This document shows, one piece after another, positions 56,900 to 64,000 of a stretch of 64,000 bases of DNA. This DNA comes from an uncultured Methanosarcinaceae archaeon (GTDB taxonomy: Archaea > Halobacteriota > Methanosarcinia > Methanosarcinales > Methanosarcinaceae). The stretch spans positions 32,001-96,000 of the forward strand of contig CAVSHT010000003.1 in the NCBI GenBank assembly GCA_963727895.1, given 5' to 3'. A model generated the notes under the pieces. The model did not search any database. It worked only from the letters and a program-made list of their open reading frames with translations, and had not been told where the DNA came from. Numbering within the stretch: position 1 is the first letter of the stretch; the number at the start of each line of letters is the position of its first letter. The position numbers and the translations under genes are program-made.

Positions 56900-56989
56900 T
56901 TAATCTGAGTAAAATCTGGATTGAACTACAAACAAGTTAAACATTTTCGAAAATTCAGCTTGATTTATGGATAATGCATTTAAAAATAG

Positions 56990-57729
56990 GGCATTGATAC
57001 TTAAACATAGTTATATACTATTAGAAAATATATTTCTTCATGAACTGCCCCAGATGCAATAGTTCCAGTCACAAAAAGAACGGTATAGTTGGTGGGCATC
57101 AACGCTACAAATGCCATGATTGTGGCTATAACTATACAGTAGAGCTAAAATCAACTGCTTTTTCCGCCTCTGTTAAAAGACAGGCTTTACAACTTTACCT
57201 TGAAGGATTAGGCTTTCGTTCAATAGGAAGAGTTTTAGGGGTGAGTCATGTTTCTGTCCAAAGATGGATCAAGAAATTTGGTCAGGAGTTAGAGAACCTA
57301 AAAAGTGAAAATGAGATATCTATTGTTGAAATGGATGAAATGTACACTTACATTGGTAACAAAAAAAATATTGCTGGATCTGGATTGCTGTTGATAGAGA
57401 TGGGAAAAAGTTCATCAACTGCTCTTTTGATAGCAGAGGAACGGAAACTGGAAAACTACTATGGGAAAAAGTGAAGAAAAAAGAGATTGGAGAAGTGATG
57501 ACAGATCACTGGAGGGCATATGCAGAGTTTCTTCCAGAAAAGAGTCATACTCAATCAAAAGCAGAAACGTATACTGTTGAAGGATATAACAGCATATTGA
57601 GGCACTTTTTGGCAAGGTTGAGAAGAAAGACAAAGTGTTATACAAAAAGTCTTGAAATGCTAAAGTACTCGGTTATTCTATTGATGAAATACAGAAATAA
57701 AGAACTAGATATATTTAGATAACAATGCC
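56990..57729 (+). mobile_element. IS1-family element with 8-bp target duplication AAAAATAG
   Basis: GGCATTGATACTTAAA and TTTAGATAACAATGCC ends; AAAAATAG on both sides. Confidence 0.93.
57040..57722 (+). CDS. IS1 transposase (InsAB) read through a -1 frameshift at the A8 run 57361-57368
   Basis: Zn ribbon CPRC/CHDC, HTH, 'EMDEM', then -1 frame 'YCWIWIAVDR...MTDHW.AY...TYTVEGYNS'. Confidence 0.9.
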
Positions 57730-57747
57730 AAAAATAGAATGGGGTTT

Positions 57748-58572
57748 TTAATTTGATATCTCCAGACTCATATCTATCCATCTTGATTTATGGATAAGGG
57801 ACCCCATGGATATAACATCGACTCCTGTTTTTGCATAAACTTCAAGGTTTTCCTGATATATCCCACCAGAGGCTTCTACAATAACCGAGTCTCTCAGCCC
57901 TTTTTCCTTAAGGATCTCCAGTGTTTTCAGAATAGCGTCGGGTTTCATGTTGTCCAGCATTACAATATCGGCTCCGAGCTTTATAGCAATCACGGCTTCC
58001 TCTCCAGATTCAACTTCAACTTCTATTTTCCTGGTGAAGCTGCTTTTTTTCGCGGCCTCAATAGAGGCTTCTATTCCCATCAGTTTAATGTGATTATCTT
58101 TAATCATAACCGCGTCAGAAAGGTTGAACCTGTGGGTGTCTCCTCCACCTGCAGCTACAGCCAGTTTTTCGAATTTTCTTATGCCTGGAGTAGTTTTTCT
58201 AGTGCAGGCTACCCTCGTAGTCTCAGAATATTTCCGTACCATATTCACACAAGTTCTGGTAAGGGTTGCAATTCCACTTAAGTGCCCAAGAAAATTCAGA
58301 GCAAGCCTTTCTGCTCTGAGTATAGATACTGCCCCTCCTTTCAGTCTGAAAATTATTTCTCCTTCTTTGAGAGTGTCCCCGTCTTTATGGGTGGTTTCAG
58401 CTTGAATCCCAAGATAACAAAAAATTGATTCGGCTTCTTTAATCCCTGCAACAGTGCAATTTTCTTTTGTAAAAATTACGGCTTCTGTGATCATATCAGG
58501 CATAATAGTACAAGAAACGTCATCGTACCCCATATCTTCTTCCATAAAACTTTCTATTTCTTTGACAAGCAT
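57748..58572 (-). CDS. nadC: Nicotinate-nucleotide pyrophosphorylase (quinolinate phosphoribosyltransferase)
   Basis: 'ER.ALNFL.HLSGIAT.T', 'TRKTTPG', 'HRFNLSDAVMIKDNH', 'EASGG'. Confidence 0.96.
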   Translation of the reverse strand: MLVKEIESFMEEDMGYDDVSCTIMPDMITEAVIFTKENCTVAGIKEAESIFCYLGIQAETTHKDGDTLKEGEIIFRLKGGAVSILRAERLALNFLGHLSGIATLTRTCVNMVRKYSETTRVACTRKTTPGIRKFEKLAVAAGGGDTHRFNLSDAVMIKDNHIKLMGIEASIEAAKKSSFTRKIEVEVESGEEAVIAIKLGADIVMLDNMKPDAILKTLEILKEKGLRDSVIVEASGGIYQENLEVYAKTGVDVISMGSLIHKSRWIDMSLEISN

Positions 58573-58914
58573 AATTTTACCCTGTATATTTCTCGAATTT
58601 ATAAGATGCGTGCTGTTATCCCTGCTAGCTTCTTTACCAAAGTTAAAGTATTAAAATACATGCAGATAAAAACCAAATCAACAGTTTTGGTTTAAAAATA
58701 ACTCTTTTCCAAGTCTTTTCTGTGAAGTGGAATATGTAGACTCAAAGTTTGAAAATTTTCATATTAAATAGTTCAGCAGAAGGTTTAAAGATGGGAACCT
58801 GAATACAGTATTCTGATTTTAGGGCTTATAAAGCCTGTTAATAAAATACGATAATCATGTAATGATAATTATGGAATAATGATACGGTTATTTATTGTTT
58901 CTCAGGAGTCTAAA

Positions 58915-59730
58915 ATGCTGAAAATAGGAATTATTGGCTGTGGATTTATTGGTGGGCAGATTTGTAAGGCTATTGAAAACGGGGCTATCGACGCAGAGCT
59001 GTATGCTATCTCGGACTTGTCAGAGAGCAGGGCTCTTAAACTGGCAGCTTCCCTGAAAAACTGTAACCCTGCCTGTATGAAGATAGAAAAATTACTTCGA
59101 AATGTTGACCTTGTTATAGAAAGTGCCTCTCAGGGCGCTGTAAGAATAGTAGTACCTCAAGCTCTTGAAGCAGGAAAGGACGTGATGGTTCTAAGTGTAG
59201 GCGCTCTTGCAGATAAAGAACTCCGAGACAAGCTCTTTAGACTTGCAAAACAGAATAACTGTCATCTCTACTTCCCATCAGGTGCAGTTGCTGGGATAGA
59301 TGGAATAAATTCCGCATCAGCAGCAGAAATATATTCAGTTACCCTTACTACCAGAAAACCGCCTGTGGGTTTTGTAGGGGCTCCACATGTCGAAGCTTTG
59401 GGAATTAAGCTTGAAGACCTCAAAAAAGAAACTCTACTATTTGAAGGTCCTGCCTCGGAAGCAGTCAAAGCTTTCCCTGCAAACGTAAACGTTGCAGCTA
59501 CAATAAGCCTTGCTGGAATCGGCTTTGAGCGAACTAAAGTAAGAGTGATTGCCGACCCAACGATCTCAAGAAATATGCACGAGATAACTGTAGAAGGTGA
59601 ATTCGGTAAATTCCTCACCAGAGTTGAAAATCTTCCCTCTCCTGAAAACCCGAAGACCAGCTATCTTGCAGCTCTTTCTGCAATTTCTACTCTTAAGAAA
59701 ATCCTGAGCCCCGTTAAGATTGGAACCTGA
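58915..59730 (+). CDS. nadX: L-aspartate dehydrogenase
   Basis: 'GIIGCGFIG', 'SGAVAGID', 'FPANVNVAA', 'NPKTSYLAALS'; lies in the NAD cluster. Confidence 0.95.
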   Translation: MLKIGIIGCGFIGGQICKAIENGAIDAELYAISDLSESRALKLAASLKNCNPACMKIEKLLRNVDLVIESASQGAVRIVVPQALEAGKDVMVLSVGALADKELRDKLFRLAKQNNCHLYFPSGAVAGIDGINSASAAEIYSVTLTTRKPPVGFVGAPHVEALGIKLEDLKKETLLFEGPASEAVKAFPANVNVAATISLAGIGFERTKVRVIADPTISRNMHEITVEGEFGKFLTRVENLPSPENPKTSYLAALSAISTLKKILSPVKIGT

Positions 59731-60167
59731 TCTTTTTATAAGGAGTAGAATATTACCCGCTGGATGACCCCGTTGAATGATCCATACCGAAATTTGGGTT
59801 AACCAGCTTTCCTGAATGAGCTGAAAATATATATTTTCTTGCCCTTAAATATCTCTTTTGATCAAAATAAAGAATCGAAAAAAGGACAACTTTTTCCTTA
59901 AGTGCAATTTTGCCATTCTTTTGAGACAGATCTTGGGTGATTCACAAATATTATATAGAGCAGAAGAGTTAAGCACGTAAGTTATCAGGAACAAATGGAA
60001 TGTGTGCAAAAAGAAAACGCTGTATCAAATTTACGCAGTTAAATTCTTTTTTTACGTCCAATTGCCTGTTGATATTTCTTAATATTAAATTATGATCTTA
60101 AGTTCCATCTTTAACTTCATTTCCAGATCTTAGTCCGGGTTTTATTTCAAAAACTCACGGTGTTCCC

Positions 60168-61082
60168 ATGCAGCAAGCAGAGCTTATAGAAAAGATCAAA
60201 GAACTCAAAATAAAACGAAATGCTGTTATTCTTGCTCATTACTATTCTCGTCCTGAGGTTCAGGATATCGCAGATTTTGTCGGCGATTCTCTAGGCCTAA
60301 GTCAGGAGGCAATTCGTCAGAATGCTGATGTTATTGTCTTTTGCGGTGTTCATTTTATGGGAGAAAGCGCTGCAATTCTTTGTCCTGACAAGACTGTTAT
60401 CTTACCGGAAAGCGATGCCACCTGTCCTATGGCTGAGATGGTGAATGTCGAAGGTCTTAAGAGAGAAAAAGAAAAACACCCTGATGCCCTGGTTGTCTGC
60501 TATGTTAATAGCTCAGCTGCTATTAAGGCCGAGTCTTATATTTGCTGTACATCCGCTAATGCTGTAGAGGTAGTGAATTCTCTCGAAGCCGATGAGATTA
60601 TCTTTGTGCCTGATAAAAATCTTGCAGCTTACGTTGAATCCAGAACTGATAAAAAGATTATTCCTTGGGAAGGACACTGCCCCACGCATCATCAGATTCT
60701 CAGAGAAGATGTCTTGAATATGAAAGAAAAGCATCCTGATGCTAAGTTTATTGCGCATCCGGAGTGCCGTCCTGAGGTTCTGGAACTTGCAGATCAGATA
60801 GCAAGTACTCGGGGGATGATAATGTATGCAAAAAATTCTCCTGCAAAAGAGTTTATCATAGGCACTGAATGCGGACTTCTTCATGGGCTCTATAAAGCAG
60901 CTCCAGAAAAGAAATATTATTGCATCTCTGAATTTGCTTGCTGCCCAAGCATGAAAATGATTAATCTTGAAAAAGTCCTTACATCACTTGAAAAAATGCA
61001 AAATATGGTTACCGTTCCATACGACGTGAGGATCAGAGCAAAAAAGGCACTTGACCGTATGCTTGCAGTAAAAATTGGATGA
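60168..61082 (+). CDS. nadA: Quinolinate synthase
   Basis: 'ILAHYY', 'FCGVHFM.E', 'C.MA', 'YVNSSA', 'HPEC', 'CPSMK'. Confidence 0.96.
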   Translation: MQQAELIEKIKELKIKRNAVILAHYYSRPEVQDIADFVGDSLGLSQEAIRQNADVIVFCGVHFMGESAAILCPDKTVILPESDATCPMAEMVNVEGLKREKEKHPDALVVCYVNSSAAIKAESYICCTSANAVEVVNSLEADEIIFVPDKNLAAYVESRTDKKIIPWEGHCPTHHQILREDVLNMKEKHPDAKFIAHPECRPEVLELADQIASTRGMIMYAKNSPAKEFIIGTECGLLHGLYKAAPEKKYYCISEFACCPSMKMINLEKVLTSLEKMQNMVTVPYDVRIRAKKALDRMLAVKIG

Positions 61083-61751
61083 ATAATCGGTAATTTAAAC
61101 TTTGTTTATTTGTTGGACTCCTTTATTTAATTGAGTCCATTCCAAAACTCAAAGTTTGTTTTCTGGATTTTTATTTTGGTTTTGAATTCTTACTTGAGTT
61201 TCTTGTCAGGAATTTGGTTCTAAAAGTTGGCTTTGTAGAAATTCTCTAAACTCTGTTTTTGAACCAACATTATGAAGTATCTGATTAAAAAAGCAGTATG
61301 GATGATATCTTGATTTTTCAAAATTTTGAACTCTTTATATTACTTTTAAACATATTATCTAATGTTCATATGGGAAAAACCATATAATTGGATCTGTATG
61401 GGGTATGAGTCAAAGGAATTTTATAGTAAAGTAATATACTTATTAAAAGGATAATATTAAGTAAAAAAAAGTTTTATTTCTTACCGTTCTTAGCTTTGAT
61501 ATATTAGGATTAACTAGTTTCAATATATAGGCGGATGTAGACAATGGTCTTGATACTCAGAGAAAAGTCTGTTTCGTTATTAAACAAACTGTGACACAAC
61601 AATTTGGGACTAAGAGTTATCTATTGAACTATGGAATAACAAATTCGATTACAACCTCTCAATTTATTCAATCGATTTTATAATTAACTGTTGATGATTT
61701 AATGAGATACCATAGATTTCTGTTCATGGATGTGTGGACGGAGGCAAAAAA

Positions 61752-63191
61752 ATGAAAGCCGATTTTTGTAATTCATTATTTTATATTCTATTGATATTGC
61801 TAATAATTCCTGGAATGACTCCCGGTCTGGCATCTGCTCTAGGGGACAGTCAAAACACAAATAGTGGATACTCAGCAGATAGTGGAAGTTCAAGTGCAGG
61901 AGATTCAATTTCGGATAATGGAAGTTCAGACTCAGGAAATTCAATTTCAGATAGTGGAAGTTCGGATACAGGAGATTCAGTTTCAGATACGGATAACAAA
62001 AGTTCTGACAATGGGGATTCAGGTTCTAATTCAGACACGGTAGATTCAGGCAATAGCTCAGACAGCGGAAGTTCATCAGACAACGGAAGTTCAGATTCCG
62101 GTTCGGATAACGGAAATTCAAGTACTAATCCAGATAATAAAAGTTCAGATTCTGATAATGGAAATTCAAGTTCTAATTCAAGCACTGTAGATTCAGGTAC
62201 CACTCCTGATAATGGAACTACAAGTTCTGATAATGGAACTACAAGTTCTAATAATGGAACTACAAGTTCTAGTGAAAATTCAGGTTCCAATTCCGTCAAA
62301 GTATATTCAGGTACTAGCTCAGACAGCGGAAGTTCAGATTCCATTTCAGATACTGGAAGCTCAGATAACTTAAGTTCTAATAGTGGAGATTCTGAGGTTC
62401 AAAACTTAGAAAATACAAGTTCAGATAATGAAAGTTCAAGTAACGAAAGCTCAGATAATGAGAATTTAAGTAGTGGAAATGACAGTTCTGATTCTTCTTC
62501 GGATAGTTCATCTTCTTCTAGCGGTTCTGGATTAGCTGTTATTTCCAGCGAGCCATCAAGTAATATTGCTGTCAAAGAATATTCGACTATGAATGTTATG
62601 TCTGGATACCCTGTCAAATTCGATTTTGTGGAAAATTCAACATGCATTACATATATCAAATTTGACCCAACAAAGACATTCAGGCAAACAACAGCAATTG
62701 TAGAAGAACTTAAAAATACATCTGCTCTTGCATCAACACCTCCCCCAGGCAAAATATACAAAAATGTAGATATCTGGGTAGGCGAAGGAGCAGGGCTTCC
62801 TTCTTCTTTAAAAGATGGAAGTGTAGGGTTTAGAGTTGAAAAGTCATGGATCAAAGAACAAAATATCAGTGATTCTCGGATAACTCTTCAAAGATATGAT
62901 AATGGATGGAAATCTCTTTCCACGGAGAAAGTAGGAGAAGACGAAAATTACGTTTACTTTGAAGCTGAAACACCTGGCTATTCGTGCTTTGCAATAACAG
63001 ATTCTACTGGGCAGAGTGAAGATGGAAACAAAACTCTGGTTGAACAGGAAATCACAAAAACTCTGAAAACCCTTGAAGCAAATAACAGTATGATACAGAA
63101 TCCAATGAGAGCAGGTAGGATAGTTATGTCTGTTTCTTTTCCACTTTTCTTGGCTATAGCTGGATATTTTGTGGTAAAGAGAAAGATCTGA
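61752..63191 (+). CDS. PGF-pre-PGF domain surface protein with a long Ser/Asp/Gly linker
   Basis: 'SEPSSNI', 'TTAIVEELK', 'FRVEKSW', 'YFEAETPGYS.FAIT'; C-terminal TM helix. Confidence 0.88.
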   Translation: MKADFCNSLFYILLILLIIPGMTPGLASALGDSQNTNSGYSADSGSSSAGDSISDNGSSDSGNSISDSGSSDTGDSVSDTDNKSSDNGDSGSNSDTVDSGNSSDSGSSSDNGSSDSGSDNGNSSTNPDNKSSDSDNGNSSSNSSTVDSGTTPDNGTTSSDNGTTSSNNGTTSSSENSGSNSVKVYSGTSSDSGSSDSISDTGSSDNLSSNSGDSEVQNLENTSSDNESSSNESSDNENLSSGNDSSDSSSDSSSSSSGSGLAVISSEPSSNIAVKEYSTMNVMSGYPVKFDFVENSTCITYIKFDPTKTFRQTTAIVEELKNTSALASTPPPGKIYKNVDIWVGEGAGLPSSLKDGSVGFRVEKSWIKEQNISDSRITLQRYDNGWKSLSTEKVGEDENYVYFEAETPGYSCFAITDSTGQSEDGNKTLVEQEITKTLKTLEANNSMIQNPMRAGRIVMSVSFPLFLAIAGYFVVKRKI

Positions 63192-63613
63192 AAATAGACT
63201 TTTAAATTAGTATGTGAGATTTTTTTCTCACCTACTTTTATGATTTCTCTTAGGTCCAAGACCAAGTTTCTCCTTAATTTAAGAAATACGGGCTGAACTT
63301 CTGAATATTAGCGTGTTACATGCAATATCAGCTTTTTCTTTTTATATTGAAATAGTATTTAAGCACATAATACTGTTTTTTGTAGAACTCATTGAGCACA
63401 ATACTCTCAAAGGTATATGATCCTGCTAGTTTTCCAGCAAGAAAATCGTACAAAAGGTACCTGTCAAGTCTATAAGAGACACAGGTTTTTCAAGATACAG
63501 TCAAATTTACAAATTGTCTATCCCATCCAGATTTGATAGTTTTTCCTTCCAGTAAATCGAATAAAAAAAGGAGAAATAAAGGTTGAAAAGAATGAACAAG
63601 TACATTCTTAACT

Positions 63614-64000
63614 TTAGACCTTTACTTCTCCTCCATTTAATACAGCTGTTTCACTTAACATTTACTTCTTTTGTCGTATTACCGTAGCTCACTACATAAG
63701 GACCTGTAGGTGCAGTCACGAATTTAGTCTGACATGAAATAGGACCTTCTGTTGAATAAGGCACTGTAAATTCATACCGACCCTGTGAATCCGCAGTGGT
63801 GGACTGTGAGTAGTCAAAAGTTTCTTCCCTGATTTGTGCGAATTGTAGTGTTTATTTTAACTGTCTCATTTGGGGAAGCTGTACCGGTTATGTTTGCACC
63901 TTTGACATACTCAAAGATCTTGACATAGCCGGTGTCCGCTAGCGGAAATATTTCCTCCAAATACGAAATCATAGATCTGTTTATACGTAGTTTCGTCGGT
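63614..64000 (-). pseudogene. aglB: 3' end of oligosaccharyltransferase AglB, with three +1 frameshifts as sequenced
   Basis: 'GYVKIFEYVKGANITG', 'GRYEFTVPYSTEGP', 'TGPYVV' recovered across frames; gene continues beyond the window. Confidence 0.75.

Noticed and set aside
57361..57368. IS1 split ORF as a pseudogene lesion
   Set aside because: The A-run sits at the normal programmed -1 frameshift position of IS1 transposases
61850..62854. Antisense ORFs 61850-62344 and 62399-62854, and similar shadows (5759, 47809, 57790, 59268)
   Set aside because: Reverse-strand shadows of well-supported genes

Overview
AT-rich archaeal DNA, almost certainly Methanosarcina (MC1 chromosomal protein, DUF1699, PGF-pre-PGF, beta-propeller/PKD/NosD surface proteins, archaeal rps15, nadX). 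About 1-47.6 kb is a heavily rearranged accessory island. It holds intact or decayed IS6, IS21, IS701, IS481 and ISAzo13 elements, several MITE families, more than 30 IS6-type ends bracketing small cargo genes, duplicated surface-protein genes, a RelE-type toxin-antitoxin pair and plasmid-like genes. The most striking unexplained object is a cassette of up to about 2.3 kb present in three copies. It starts with an IS21 left end, carries a gene of unknown function (31-aa leader ORF separate in two copies, fused in the third) and ends in a conserved, motif-rich non-coding tail next to a truncated HTH gene. About 47.8-64 kb is core-like: TetR plus ABC exporter, rps15 with a structured leader, a decayed iron/cobalamin ABC operon, an O-methyltransferase, an IS1, nadC-nadX-nadA, a PGF-pre-PGF protein and the 3' end of a frameshifted aglB. 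Several core genes carry single-base lesions that may be partly sequencing error. No CRISPR array, tRNA or rRNA was seen. All family assignments are by eye from motifs; no searches were run.
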